NCBI GenBank assembly: GCA_904063045.1
Contig: CAJFCJ010000005.1
Location: forward strand, 697,988 to 761,987
Direction of reading: 5' to 3'
DNA length: 64,000 bases
From: Dimorphilus gyrociliatus
Lineage: Eukaryota; Animalia; Annelida
Below the pieces are notes generated by a model, which was not told where the DNA came from, searched no databases, and saw nothing but the letters and a program-made list of their open reading frames with translations. Both the position numbers and the translations under genes were made by a program. Positions 14,624 to 30,100 of this stretch are shown one piece after another (positions within the stretch are counted from its first letter, which is position 1; every line of letters starts with the position of its first letter).

Positions 14624-17600
14624 AGAACGGTATCATTGCTTTCGCAAATATGAGACATCTAATATTAAACTATCCATGAGATAATAAAATCGTGTTTGTC
14701 ATAGAATGAAAGAAGTTACTGTTGATGCGAGCTATGATCTTTTGTTTTCTTTTTATTTATGCAGCATCATTAGGAAAACAAACTCTTCTATTTTAGTTTG
14801 CGCATGTGATGGTGTAAATTATTTGTCTTGTTTTCAACTGCCTATCAATCGTTTTGTCTATACAAATTGGTACCGTCGTTGGTGTGTCTATTAAGCATTC
14901 TGTGTAGAAGTGAGAAATTCATCTACAATCAAAGACGTACATCTAGGCATATTTTGTCAATAAATATCCAATTATTCGTTTGATAAAAGTAATATCTTAC
15001 ATCGAAGAGAGTGTCTAGGGATCGATTGGATCATAATCAATCTTTTTTTGAAGGATAATATTGGCCTTATTGGCAATAAATCCTACACAAAAGTAACAGC
15101 CGTTATCGCCACCTACTGGATATTATAGCTGATATCGTCAGCTCGTTAGCATGGGAGAAGGAGGAGAAACTACTAAGAATTTAAAATTTTCCTTGATTTC
15201 AAAGTATAAATAGACTTCTCTGTAAACCGGTCAAAGTGACCGCAATGCTAGTCTGATATTAAATTGTCAATTACGAAGAAAATATACAACTATCGTCAAA
15301 GTATTCACAGTAATAGATATTTCAGTTTTGCATTTAAACTCTTCAACAAGAAGCTTACGGTTCGTTCGTACGAGATAAATTTTGAGAAATTATTCGCATT
15401 CCTTCTAAAATTTCTGTAGAAACCCTACATTTCGGTCGTTCTTTTTCCAAATATTCATAAATAATCTTGTACGTTGTACAAGAGTCTAAAGTTGAGGTAG
15501 GTTTATTTCATTTTGGAAAAATATGGCCATTATCTTCTCCCTTCTTATAATTAATATTCGTACAAAGTATCTAACTAAATCAAACGAGTCTGTTTTATAA
15601 AAGGACTACCGAATGCAGTTGAATACTATTTTCTTTCTTACAAATTAGAACAGCTAACGAATAAGAAGTAAGAAGGAAAAGAAGAAGAAGAAGAAGAAGA
15701 AGATATGATACAATGATAGAGTGCAATACGTTTTTAATTAGAAGTAAACCGCCAATATTTAATTTAACACTGTCGTTTACATTTTCAATTTTAGCTATAT
15801 TGAATAAATCATCTGCTCTTAAATGAAGAGAAACAGTGATTAGTAATATGGGACGAGATAACTATTTTCTTTTATAGAATAGATTTATTAAAAATACATA
15901 AATGTATCGCTCTAACTATTACTATTGAACAATATGATAAAGCGGAAAGGATTAAGCTATCTTTTGACTGACAGATTATTAAAAGAGTTATGAAAAATAC
16001 AGTAGGATTACCTATTTCAATAGAAAATTAATAAGTTTTCTTCAATTTAACACAATAAAGAAATTTATTTCATTAAAACTGTTTTTTGAATTGATTGATC
16101 AAGTCTACTCGAAAAACGAATGACATTATTAACGCTATAGCCTATCTAAGCGTAGGAAGGTATAGAAGATGCACTAGGGAAACGAGAGATATATTGCAGA
16201 AAGTGGAAATTTCTACAAAAACACTAACATTTATACGCATTATATGGCTAAACTTGAACGCTGTAGTACACCCTGTAAATATAGAATACATTAATTACAC
16301 CTTGAAAAACGGCTCTAGGCTTGTAAAATTAAATTTAGCTATTATTTTTTTTTACTTTCTCAAAGCTGAAATAAGTGAAATAGCTGGCAAAAAACTTCTT
16401 TACAACTCACCTTGGGAAGACTGAAGTATCTATTTTCTCACTTCTTCTTCTTTTTCTTCTTCTTCAACAAATTGAATAAGGAAAATGATACTTTCTTTTT
16501 CTTTATTTTCTTTGTAAGATTAATTTGGTTGATTCCAAAAGAAATTCAATTCTTTTTTTAGCTTTTCAATTAAAACCACTGTAACTTTTATCACTGTTAA
16601 TTACATTAAATTTCTTTAAATATACTAGTCAAAGGTGAATTAATTCCTTTAAGATGGAATTAATCTCCATCAGCTCTATTGTTTGTTAAAAGTTTTGCTA
16701 TTGGGTTTTTTGCCTAAACCCAATTTTAAATAGGTCAAATTATATGGAAAAGTTAGGAGGATACTCGATTTAAGAATTTTGCAAATCGGTGTATCGATTT
16801 GTTGACCGACTCTTTAACTCTATAATCCATCTAATGCGTTTCTATCAGGTTTACCTGATAGATGTAGGTTTATTATGATTGCTATCAAGAACTCTTGTAT
16901 GTATAAACCCTTATTTCCAAGAATAACAATCGCTCTTGAGTAAATCTGTTTTTTAAGACCTACATCTTCGCGATTTCTATCTGTTTGCAAAGACAGTTTG
17001 CTTGTTTTGTTACATTGTACTATTCTTAAATTATTTACGAGTTTTCGTTGGAATGTTACATCGCTTGAACGTTGGGGAAAATCACTAGGCAAATCGCACG
17101 CTTAGAGAGGTGATCAATTAAATATTGGAGGGGAGCCAATGTCTTTATTTATAATAATGTTACTTTCTCAATTCTCGTTCATTTTATCGAATGGAAGAGA
17201 AGAAGATGTTAGCAGATTTAAAAAACTACAGTATAAATTTATATACGTAAATATCAAACAATAACTTCTATGTCTTCTCTCACAACTGCACTTTTGCAGT
17301 GATATCCTTTCAACTGTATTGTTGAAAATATAGAATTTTATCTAGAAAAAAAATACAACATAACAAACAAACAGCTACAATATTTTAAGTGGAAAGTAAA
17401 TTGTTTATATGACGAATGTTTCAATGATAATTTGATTAGTATCGAATTTAGATAATTTCAATTTATCATTAAATTTTGTTCTATGAATGAATTAATGAAT
17501 GAAAATTGTAATTATCTTTTTACAGGTGATTTTTTCATCATGTAATCCAATTGTCAATGCTTTCTTATTTTGGAGGATTTTCATCAAGTACTAATATGAT

Positions 17601-20600
17601 TAACAAGATTCTATTTTATTGCGTTGGAAGCTAAAGAAAGAGAGGAAAACTCCTAAACATTCTAGAATGCAGTTACACAAAACTGCCTTTATTTATCGTT
17701 TTTTAAATCATTAAAGATTAATTTGAGGAGGATAAACTATTATTAGACTGTTAAGAAGAGTATTTTATTCTTGTGAAGTTAATTCTCTAGCATTATGTTA
17801 CTTTTGCTAATTGAAATGTTAACTCTATGACCTTTTGTGTAGTAATAAGAACAATAAAAATGTTTATAGCCATAAAATATAATTGGAATTCTTATGTATT
17901 GATCCGTTTTGAAATTACAAATAGCCAATAATTGGGCCATGGATAATTTGAAAAGAGAGTGGGAGAGAGAGAGAGAGAGAGAGAGAGAGTTAATTTTGAT
18001 TGATGTTTCACATCCCCCTGTAATTTAAGAAATAAATCTTTTCTAAGACAATCAATTTAACAAACGTTTACCTTTTCGAAAGATTTTTAAATGCTTTCAT
18101 TTCCATTATATGCGGTTTCCGTTTAAGGGAAAACGACTGTTTACTTATCGTGTTACGACTATTGTAAATCTTTTCAATAGCGAAAGCATAATTTAAAAAA
18201 ATGTATAGTATTTAAAGGTGTAGAGAAATAATCTTTGGCTGTTAAATAGTTGAAAGACTGCAAACGAAAAATGTACTCTGCTGTTCGGTATTATTAACTA
18301 AGCTTCAATCGAAAAGACCTTAATACTTTAAACCCTAATTAGACGTTATAATTTTCTATCATAAACCATACGCTGATATATTAAAACTCGAGATATTTCT
18401 GCCAACCATTGGCTGCAATAGAATGGATGGAATAGTATTCTTCTCCGTTTTTAAATCCCCAATGAGCGATTTATTTATAACTTTCAAAAACTTATAAAAA
18501 CTTCATTTTATTTGTTTCTAGTTCAATATCAGACTGCTGTTTCTTTATTTTTAATTAAATGTCATATCGACTAAAAGATTGAGTTTGGTCAATATAATAA
18601 TTGAGAATTAGTTCTTCCATTATAAACTTGGCATTAAATTTTCTCAGTAATGGGGATAACGCCTTGAAAAATGCTTTTTATCTTATGTTTTACTAATGAT
18701 ACGACTTATTCCAATCCGAATGATTATAGCGACAACGTTTTTTTTGCGATATAAACACGTAAATGTATTTGTTTGTTTCACTTCCGTTCCTGCCACTTAT
18801 TGTCCTCACAAACAGAGGCCGCTCGCAATTAATCATTTCCAACAGCGACAAATAATAGAAACTGTCATTCGTTCATGTGAACGAAATTGATCGAGAAAGT
18901 AGCGACGATGCTGGGGAGAGTTTTATAATTAGCAACATTTAAAAGATATAGAATATTTTTTAAGTATTCGTACGGTGACTTGCTAGTGGTTTTAGATTTT
19001 AGCATCAAAAATGACTTAAAAGCCGATCTCCCAGGTGACATTTACTTTTGGCGATAATACGCGGTTTGCGAAGATAATTGAATAGAGAACTATTAGTCGG
19101 CAACCTATTCGACAGATCCTACCGTATCTGAGGAGAGACAAGCTTAAAGAGCGGATGAGCTGATGCTTAATTGCTCAGTGTGGTCATTTTTCGTGCTCGG
19201 CTATTTATCATCATCAGAGCAGGAGTAAAATGAATTGATAGCTGGTATATTATTGGAGCAGAATTGGCCTTGGTATTTTTCAGGGTATAAGCGCATAGTT
19301 GTCGTTAATGTCACCAGCCATAATCAATATTCATACTGATCCCTATAAATGAATAACTTCTTTCTCGGATATTGTCCAAGAATTGGTTCCGTGCACTTAT
19401 CGATTTCTAGGAACAATATTCTATTTTCGGTTGTGAGCTAGTACCTCCTCATTTTAAAGGTAAAAGTTTTAGTTTAAAGTCAATTATAAATGTTCTATCC
19501 ATTCAGATATTTTATAGTGAATACGCTGTAAAAAGATGGCTTGCTATAGCCAATTAATAGAAGGAAATTATTTTTAATTGGTTTCCATAGTTACCTAGTA
19601 TTTACCTATGGGATAAAAAAATATTGCCGTTTTCTTCGATTGTGTTAATAGGAGAAAGTGTTCATTCTTAAATAATATTATGATTTTATAAAGTAAAGAA
19701 GAAACTTTTCGATTGTTTAAAAATCTTTATAGAAAGTTGATCAAGTTTCGTTTCATTTAAAATGCAGCAAGAGATTGATTTTCCTTAAATGTTTTTTGTC
19801 GATTGAACAGGAAAATTGGTGAAAATTTAGCGATAGATAATTGAATGGACTCTCATTCTGTCTCTCTCTCTCTCTCTCTCTCTTTCCTTTGTACGAAGAA
19901 TCAAAACAACAAATTGCGTGTCTAGTAATCCATAATTACTATGAAAATAATTTTGATCTACTCTTCTCTTATTGGGTAAATCAAGTGCAGTCGATGAAAC
20001 CATAATGATAAGGCAATTACGTTTTCTTTTATTGAGGTTATTAAAAAGCCACCTTTAATGGTTTCAGTGTACTTGTTTCTTAATGTAGACTAAAAGGCAG
20101 GTGTATGCAGAGGGCGATGGTCACACGCAGTTCCTCAGGAACTTTATTCCTTATCTGCTCTTGTATAAAAAGAACACATTGAATTGCAATATTTCTTGCA
20201 TCTTTTCCCAATATTCTTCGTTTAAAGCTTTACGAGCAAGATTTCTTTTCGTTCAACACTTAATAATCACTATTTGATCTTTTACTAATCCATCATATCC
20301 AACAACCTCCCTCGATGTCATCGCAAGTCGAAACATGGAGCTTTCACGATTTGTTTTCTTCTTTCTCTCCCTCTTTCTCTCTCTCTCTTTCTCTCTCTCT
20401 CTCTGTCTTTTTATTTTACAATATTAATTAAGCGTGCAGTCATTACCAATAATTAATATACTTTGAGATATAGGATTGAAATATACGCTATAATAACAGT
20501 TGTAACTTACAGATGGAGAAAGATAAAGGAGCGAGTTAAAAGTTTCTGTGGATGACAAGTAAATATTTTCTATTGTTCCATTGCGTAGCCAACTGCCGTA

Positions 20601-23600
20601 ATAAGGATGAAACGTCTAAAGTAGTTGAAAACGAATAGGATGTCGAGAGCTGATGTGCAATCGATTATCTTTGAATAATAAAAGCTGTTCTATCACTTCC
20701 AAGAAATAACAATTAATTCTAGCAACGTAATAATTGTCTAAACGTTTTGGTGAAAAACTTCGAAAAATTTACTGGCGTTTATTCGCTTTGAATAAATCAT
20801 TGTTAGCTCGTCACGGTATTCGATCAGAACGATTCAACTGAATCATACAGCTTAACATCTATTTACATGGTTTGTCTTTGTTTACGCAAAAAATGATCTA
20901 GTTTAACCTCTCTACAATAATAATCCACGAAATCAATTCGAAAAATCCCTTATTATCTCCTACTTTTCTCTGTTATTACGAAATCTTTTTTTGGGAAAAA
21001 TCAATGGCGCTGTGTCAGTGTTTGAGCATTAAATACGTTTAAATAAAATTCTAATGATTCTTGTATATCAATACTTCAACAGGTCAATGGAAGAAATACT
21101 CTCTGCATACGGTATTTTTAGTATACACTGTTGGATATTTAATTAAGATTTCACGATTCGAAATACTTGAAAGCAAATTCTATTTATTACTGGGAAGAAT
21201 TAAACGATTACTCTTCGAGTTCTTTCTCCGAAATAAGGTGTTAATAGGAGTGTAGAGGAAGTAGATGGGGAATATTGTCTGTGCACTTAGATCGAGCGTT
21301 TGCTACCTTCTCAGTTAATTGGATATAATATAGAGAAAAATTGAAAGGAATAGGATAAAGAGAAGATGATCTGCCTCATTTGAGATTCATTGATGAGAAA
21401 GACTGTAAAGTACTGTTGGTTGACTACTAATGGGAAAATATTTTCAAAAATATCAGTCGTAATATGCTATTACCAATAGAATGCTATGCTAATTATTGTA
21501 ATATTACTATAAATTCAGCTAAAATAACTCACCTTTGCTTTGATTAAGGAAAGTTTTTAATAAAAAAAATCATATAATTAGACAATCTAAAGAGAATATT
21601 AGCTATTTTTCCAACAGTTGTAGTGTTCTTGTTAGAGAAGCCGAGAGTATTTATCTAGTGGGGATAGGAACAATAGATCAAAATATACACTATATTGATA
21701 TTTATAGCTAAAGTTGGACCGTTTGGTGGAGACTTTTCATTAGCTATAGTAAAAAATTGCGAAGAAGTTGCATGATAGTAAAGCATCTTTTACATCTGTC
21801 GACGAAGTAGCTTTATAGGAGAAATTGTAGTATCATCCAACTATAATATTTAGCATATGAAGAGAAAAAACGTAAAAATTCATATTGTTTCTCTTTTGAA
21901 AAAGACGAAAATTGATTTATTTATTATTTATTGAATCACAATCGACGGTATTCAAAAGCAAAACAGTTTCAATGTTCGATCTTCTTCCCATACTAAAAGG
22001 TGGACATTAATAGCAGAACCTACGGAAAAATTCCTATTAATTAATAACTTTTTTCTTAAGAGCTATTGTTCCGGCTTTCTTTGAGGCTATTTAGAATAAA
22101 ACATAGCTATTCGCAATTTTCTATCACACACTGTATCTAGTTGCATAAATTTCCTTTTAAAACAAGAAAACATTTCAATTCATAAGTAGTATTTTAATCA
22201 TTCATCAATATTATTGTACACAACATGGAAGGGAATACTGTTCTTTCTCGCTGTGAGACATAGCTTTAGGCAATAATAATGGCTTTCATCTACTCAAAAA
22301 CCACGTTCAAAATGTCAGAAATTTCTATCGACAAGTTAAGGAGCGTGTGTGTGTGTAAGAAAGAGAGAGAGAGAGATGCTGCTTCTGATAGTGTTTTCGA
22401 TTCAAATTATCCTCTTAAACTTCTCTCTTTGTACACTTACTAGGCTTTATGAAAAGCTTTATAATCTGGAATATATAAATTTTAGTACAAATACCCTTTC
22501 ATTAAAAAGTATGAGAGTTAAATTAACAATTTATTAAAAGCTTACAGATATAATAATAAACAAAGTCCAGGTGTTTTACCAGGTGATGCTCTCATTCATC
22601 GTAACATTTTCGAGTTTACTGTAGGGCGTACTGTATATTTACTATATAACAATATAAATGAATACATTGCCGTTAGGCATTTCTTTTTTAAAACGTTCAA
22701 CCATGAAACTTGCTTTATTCATCTAAAAAATAAACTTTAAAGTGCAATTCGTTGAAACAAGACTGACTATCTAAACTAATACCTTTATCCGAGACATTGA
22801 TAAATGATTAATCAACAAATTCATCTTCGTAAAGATTATTCATATTAGCGGCTTAATCCAAAACTGTAGATTATTCGCTTGATAATTAAATATCGCAGAT
22901 AATTATTTTCTATACCTGGTCTTTTTCCAAGGAAGAGTCATTGTCCAATTTCAAATGAATACTAATTTAGTTTACATCTTTTTCCTTCAACTATAATTTC
23001 CAATGAATGGAAAATTATTGAACAAACTAAGAGAGAAGAGAATAGAATGACAGTAAGAATAAATATTGAATTGGTAGAAAAATATTCCAAAAATTAACGC
23101 CGCTATTGTCTGTAAATATTTTAATGCGACACAGTAAGCCATTTATTGGAATTTTTTATTGAAAAGTTACCATTTTTTATACTATTAGACGCTTTATAAT
23201 TAAATTAATGAAGAAATAATTTCGAAATAAGTTTGATACTAATTGGCTAATTAAATAAAACTGTGGCACTTTTGGACTATTAATAATCTCAAGATTACAT
23301 CATACCATTCCTAAGTATCAGTTTTTTTTAACCCCGTAAATTTTAGATACGGCACTTTGAAATAACGTTGAGGAGATCGACTATTACTTTTATTCAATAG
23401 ACAAATTTGACTGATTTTGAGATAAATGGTGGAACGCCTTTATAATGAGATTTATGGAAGCGTCACAATATTCCATTAGTATTCTGAGAGCTTTTTCCAA
23501 TGAAAGTTGTTAAGTAACGTCTATTTTTATATAAAGAGTTGTTCAAAGCGTCTATTTGGTTAGTTTATTCAACATAAATATCAGTCTATTAAAGTGAATG

Positions 23601-24804
23601 AATGAATATAATAAAGGGGGAAAGCACCAATGTATAGACACTTCATAAACATTATAAATAAATACATGAACAATCTTTTTCAGCACATATAAACAAGATA
23701 TATTTGATATATAGTATATATAGTATATACGGTACATATACTAGCATATACATAAATCAAATGACTTCCTAATCATTGTTTAGCCACTCTCGCTCCTGAT
23801 CAATTTCCCTGACTTTATGTCACTTTTTTATTAATAAATTACTATTTACGAAGCTGTAAATTCATTTAACCTTATTCGTTTTTGCTCCTATTCATTATTA
23901 ATATTTTTATAACTAGAAATGTCTGCCACATAAACGTATTTTCTTAATTAAATGAGCAAAAAAAAAGAGACAATCTCAAAACTATTCTCTATTCATTTGT
24001 CATAAAAAGCAAATGTTAATTAATATTGTCTTTAAAAGTATAAAATCGTAAAACAATACAGAAAGGAAATATGGCGAAAAGTAGACATGTAAATGATACA
24101 GAGATTCTTGTTCTGATTGTTGCTTTGCGGACGGAGAAGGAGATGAAAAAAAAAGAAAAAAGGCAATTTTAAACGAATTAAAAGTGTTTTCGAGAATGAA
24201 ATGGGAAGGAGAATAAGCGAAAAGAGTTTAACGCGAATTGATTGTTTTGTGTTGAATTATTCCTATTTAGGGAACAAGGTAACATTTCTAAAGAGTAAGA
24301 GAGAAAAGCGAGGACAAAACAAACTCTTTTTTTGGTAACGAATATAAATCGTATTTGACAAACCCCATAAGTGCTTTATAACAATTTTAACAATGGTGGT
24401 CCCAGTTAAATTTCTTAGCGACCGACAGATGGCGATTAGAAGAAAAAAGAGTTTTGTTAGTTTAAGTAGAAGGAAACAGTATCTTGAAAAAATATATAAT
24501 ATAACTGATGTTTCTTATTTTATTTATCACCTTGGTAATTGCGGATTGGTTAAAAAGAATTGTATAAACAGCAGGGGAAAAAAATAGCATCTACTTTCTC
24601 AAAATAGCTTTTTAGAAGAAGTTGAAAGTAAAAGAAGAATCGGGGAGGGGCAGATTGATGATTAGTTTTCTCTTTGAAATTATACCAATAATTACTTAGA
24701 TGAGAAAATAAAGGATTACCTAATAAGTAAGTTTGTGTGAAATCGCCGCTAGACGTTTTTAGTGGTGGCTCTGCTCACTGGAAAATGTATTGCAGTCGGC
24801 CGCT

Positions 24805-26803
24805 ATGCGTCAGCTAGCGTTTATCGCTTTCCTCTCCTGTGTTTATTCGAAAGAGGAGATATTTATTGGCGGACTATTTCCCTTATCTAGAAAATCTAAT
24901 GATAATGATAAGGATAACAGCAAGATAGGTTTAGGAATATTACCAGCGGTCGAATTGGCTATGGAGCATGTTAATAGTCATCGACAAATATTAAATAAAC
25001 AAACTTTAAGGATAACCTATAACGATTCTATGGTTAGTATTCATAAAAACTGGATTAAAAAACACTCTTTCATCTTTCCCTTCTCGTTTAAAAACTTTTA
25101 CAACAGCGTAAACTGTCTTCCTTTGCCTTGTCTTATTTTCTCTGCGTTCTTTCGCTTTCGAGACGAAAGTGGTGACATCGGCGCTCATTAATTTGCAAGG
25201 TGAATGGAGCGAAGGTTAAAACCAGAAGCTCGCTATTAGTGATTTTTCGTCTACTATATTTACAGTCTATCCCTATTGTTAGAGAAAAACTGTAGATAAA
25301 AGCGAATAAATCGTATAGGAGAGACTGATAAGAATCTTTGCCTAAGCCTAAAAAATTATTTCTCTCTTCCAGTTTATCTCTTCTTACTTACCTTTATACA
25401 GTATATACTGCATTATATATATATATACTAATATATTTCATTCATTCACTTCTTATCTTCTCTTCTCTCGCTCTTTTTTCATAATATTCTCCTTGTATTT
25501 TTCAACTTTTTACTTTTCGCATTCGAAGACTAATTCCTAAATATTTAATTAATCCTTAAACCTTTTTTCAATAACAAATTTACATTAATATGAAAAAATA
25601 ATGAAGTTTATTTTTGGTTTTTACTCTGAAATTCAAAAATAAGTCTCATCTTTATTTTCTCTCCGTTGGCCTTTCAGTTATTGGAATGGATGTTTGTACT
25701 AGTTTGTCATGTTTGTTTGCAATTATTTTTATGTAGCTTGTTGATATATATATAATGTTTATTAGTTCTGTTTGTGGTAGAATTTCTGGTAGCTTTTATC
25801 ATTCTCTCTCCCCGGTCGAACTGGGAATTGACAAGAGGAGAAAAACACATATGAATGTTGCTGTTGAGTTGACCTTCAAATTTAATATTTCGTTGTGAAT
25901 GTCAGATAAAACGCCATGCCTCAGGGTCAGAGCCTTTTAGTGTTAGGATTTTATTACTAATTGCATTTTTTATTATTAATTGCATAGTAGAAAAAAAACA
26001 AAACAGAAACAGTATACTGATTGAGTAAATAATTTAATAGTCATGGTTGCATTCCTTTAAAATACCTTTTAATAGACCCGAGATTATTAGCGAGATTTAG
26101 TCGTTATGCATTCCCTTATTGGTCGGCTATTCTACCTCTTGCTCTCTTATTTATTCCATTTCCAAGTGTAGACTCATTGACAACCAGTAGCCTACGAAGT
26201 AAGCCTTGAATATATAAAACGCATCAAACCTAGTAGGCCTCGCAGTAATTAAACTGGAAGATGCCTTCAAAGATATTTTGTCTGAATACATACGTAACAA
26301 TAACAATAAGTTAGTAATTTATTATTCTTTGTTGTTTTCTTAACGATCCCTCTGTTTGATATGTAATAAGTTGGATGGTGAAAGGGCGGGAAGAAAGAAG
26401 GTAATACAGAGCGTAAATATAAAATAGAAACTAGGTTATGATTTTGCGAGTTTTTCTTTAAGATTCATGTAGAAAGAAAGCTTATATAGAGCGCTTAAAG
26501 TAAATAAATAGACATATTATAGGTTGTAAATCTACAGCACATAAAACCAAACACTACGTTTGTTTTGTTTTCTTGCTACTTAATTAGCGTTTGCTCAATT
26601 TACGCCTTCAATTTCACGGTCGATTAAACAAGGTGAAAAATCAGTATGTAAACATGGTAAAGTGACAATCGGGAATTTGTCAGTTTTTTCATTACAAACC
26701 TACTTTATTTGTCAACTCCTAACAAGAACCTGAAACAACAAAACTAAACATACTCGGCGCCTTCGCCCCAAGCGTATATACTTCCTCCCGAAACCCTCTC
26801 TCA

Positions 26804-26834
<31 letters not shown>

Positions 26835-27093
26835 TTCTTTCTCTTTCAAAGTCTTTTTGCCTTATGCCAGTTAGCCTTCCTATTTGCCTTCTTCATTCCT
26901 TTCTATCTTGAACCATTTTCGTAGAGCTTTGTGTCTTTTTGTACGCGTTTATTGTATTTATTTAACAGGATAGTAGATAGTTAAATAATGAGCGGTTATC
27001 AGCTTGGTTTGTGTTAAGACGTCTAGAAATAATCTGCTTATGTATATACATGATACAAGAGATGTAAATATTCATAAGGGCTATATGTATATA

Positions 27094-27157
<64 letters not shown>

Positions 27158-30100
27158 TATTTTAGTTTAATCGACAATTTTGTTGAAATGTTAAAGCATA
27201 TTTGAAACGATACTTGTGCGTTTCTTGTGTACTTTTCCTATAAAGTGACACTGATACATTCAATAGATCAGTTTATTGTATATTAATCAATATATATTAT
27301 TACATATACTATATATATATATATTCCCATTTTCGTTCTTTTTCTTCCAAGCAATAATCTACTAAGAGTTTAGGCCTAAGAATTTCTTTTTGCTTGCAGC
27401 TCACGCTATTTTCACGCTTGCCTGCACAACATAGCTCATTAGTGGCTTATGCACTTGCGAAACCGGCTATTTTCCTTGTTTGTCACGCAGTTAGCAAATT
27501 CTATATGATTTCCTTAATAAAAATACAATTATCATATAGAATCAACGTTCTTATTTATCATAGTTTCCAATTTTAAAAAGAAAAAAACTTTGTTATCAGT
27601 AAAAGAACGAGGTGGACGGAAACGTTTAAAAAAAAAACTTTCAACTGTCACGAACTGCTGTAATAGTCAAGTGATAAAGTAGTCATGTGATCGATGAAAG
27701 TTGGCTCCCGAGAGCGTTTTCACACATTCTATCCGTTTATATGTCTTAATAAAATTAAATGCAGTATAAACAATACGTCAATATCAACGAAATAGCACAT
27801 TTGTCTTGGCGTAACACGCAATACGGATTTTTTTCCTTATGAAAAACTAACCGATAGTGCTTATCTTTAAGTGCTAGAAATGGACGCATTTTAAAAGAGT
27901 AAAAGAGGAGAGGATGGAGAAGGAGGGGGGGAGGGGGGGGGGGGCGGTGAGAGGGTGGCTGCGATGTGACGGTTTATAGGAAATTGAGTGAGAAGAAATT
28001 AAAACGGGAACGTGTTTGCCACGTTCGAGTTAGATTGATTTTTCTTGATCAATATTCAAGATTCGTTTGCGTTGCATAACGAATGCATCGATTTTTTTTA
28101 AATGTTAATTAACCTCTTTTATCAGTTGGACTTTTCAGACATATTTCCAATGATGAAGGTAGAACTAAATATATAATCTAAGCAACAAAATGGTAAGAAC
28201 TAAAGTAAAATGTAAAAAGAAAAAGAAATGTTAAGATAACAATCAAAATTAGTTTTATCCACAGTTACAACGAACAGATTATCTCCTCGGGTTATATTTA
28301 TCTCTCAGAATGTGAATGTTTTTTTTGTGAGAGGTGTCGCTTAGATGTCTTATCAGACAAGAAAAAAAAACGATTCCTTTAACTAAAACCCATCAAAGTT
28401 AATTTTCTTCATCATAGGATAATTATGATATTTTTTTCCTATTTGTGAGGAGAAATTATAAGGAAAATCATGCTGGTTGATTATTTCGGTGAAGGCGCCC
28501 CTTCTCTCTTTTGGGAATTATTAGGAAAAGGCATCGCGTGTTTCGCTATTCATTCACCGCTTTCTTCCATTAGTTTTCAATGTATATAAGTGAGGGAGAG
28601 TAGGGGAAAAAAAGTAATCAGACGACTTTTGAAAAGTAATTAGTAATCGGATTATGTTCTTTCCCTATGATACAGATAAAGGTTTTGTTCGAATATCTCA
28701 TATCCTGTTAAAAAAGATTAAAAAAAGGGAAAGAAGAAAGAGAGAGAGAGAGAGAGAGAGCGAGCTACCTTACACAATATTATTGTTTATAAACAAAGAA
28801 AAAATAGCAGCGTAAACTAAACGCTTACATTGTAAAAACTACAATGGTAGAAATAGTTATTGTAAATGACAATTCAAGTTGATATTTTCGAAATTAATAA
28901 TTCTATTGGATTCTACGTGCATCAGAAGTCGATAAAGTGCAAACTCTAAATAGAGAGACATATTCCAAACGGAAGTGGGCGGTAGAAGGGAAGGTGTAGC
29001 TTCTGGCTTCTGAAAAAAATTCGCTTCTTGTCAAGTTTGTCACGCTCAACTATTCGGCTATTTCTATCTTCTATTTCTATCTGATTTTACTCGTTACTAG
29101 CGCAGAGAAAACCACTCTAAAATGATTGACTTTTTAAGCAATTAAATTTTTCATTTTCCTTCTCTATTTTAAACTTATCATTGAGTTTCTCTTTCATAGA
29201 ATTTAACCTTTTTTAAATCACAGTGCGACATGGCCGTGGGCACAAAACTCTTCTTCGATATGATGAATCAACCTCCAGAGAAGCTGATATTATTCGGGGC
29301 AGCCTGCAGTCATGTGACGGGACCTATTGCAGAAACTGCTTACTATTGGAGAATTCCACAGCTGAGCTACGCTGACACTCATCCAGAATTATCCGATAGG
29401 ACTAGATATTCCATGTTCTTTCGAACTATACCGTCTGACTTGGATTATAATCCTGCAAGAGTCAAACTAGTTAAAAATTTCGGGTGGAAGAGGGTGGGAA
29501 CTATTTTTCAGGATGCATCAAAAGGTTCTTCCCGGTTCGCCTATGTCAGTGTTCACTTTCTAAACTCTTTCTTTATTCCATTCAAAATAAATAAATAAAA
29601 CACAAGTGTAAATCCATTAAAGACAAATCAAATGATGCAATTGATTTTATTTATAGGCTCACAACCTGTTCGTTGATCTATTAGAACAAGCGGGCGTTGA
29701 GCGGCAAATCGAGAGTTTTTCTACTGATCCAGCCCCGGCAATAGAAAATTTAAAAAAGAAAGATCAGAGAATAATTATTGGCAATTTCGATTCGGAAATG
29801 GCTAGAAAAGTGGTTTGCCAGGTTTGTCGAAGGTAATTCTATCACACAATTTAATTAGTCACATTCCGTATTACAGGCCTATAAAACTAATTTATATGGT
29901 GTCAAGTACGTATGGATCTTATTGGGTGATTACCCGAAAAACTGGTGGAAGAAAGGTACAGACGGATGTTTAGTTGAAGAGCTTGAGAAGGTTTTACAAG
30001 GATATTTCTCTACGGATATTCTTCCGTTAAGTTCCGAAGAAAGGAAGACGATTAGCAATATAGTAAGTTCGACTTTTTTATTTGACGTGTATATATTGGT

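Noticed and set aside
23696-23716. AGATATATTTGATATATAG, resembling miR-190
   Set aside because: Seed mismatch, low-complexity AT context and no convincing hairpin.
24790-24804. TTG-started N-terminal extension of GABBR2 in the ORF track
   Set aside because: The ATG at 24805 directly starts a good signal peptide. The TTG/GTG starts and intron read-through tails in the track are artefacts for a eukaryote.
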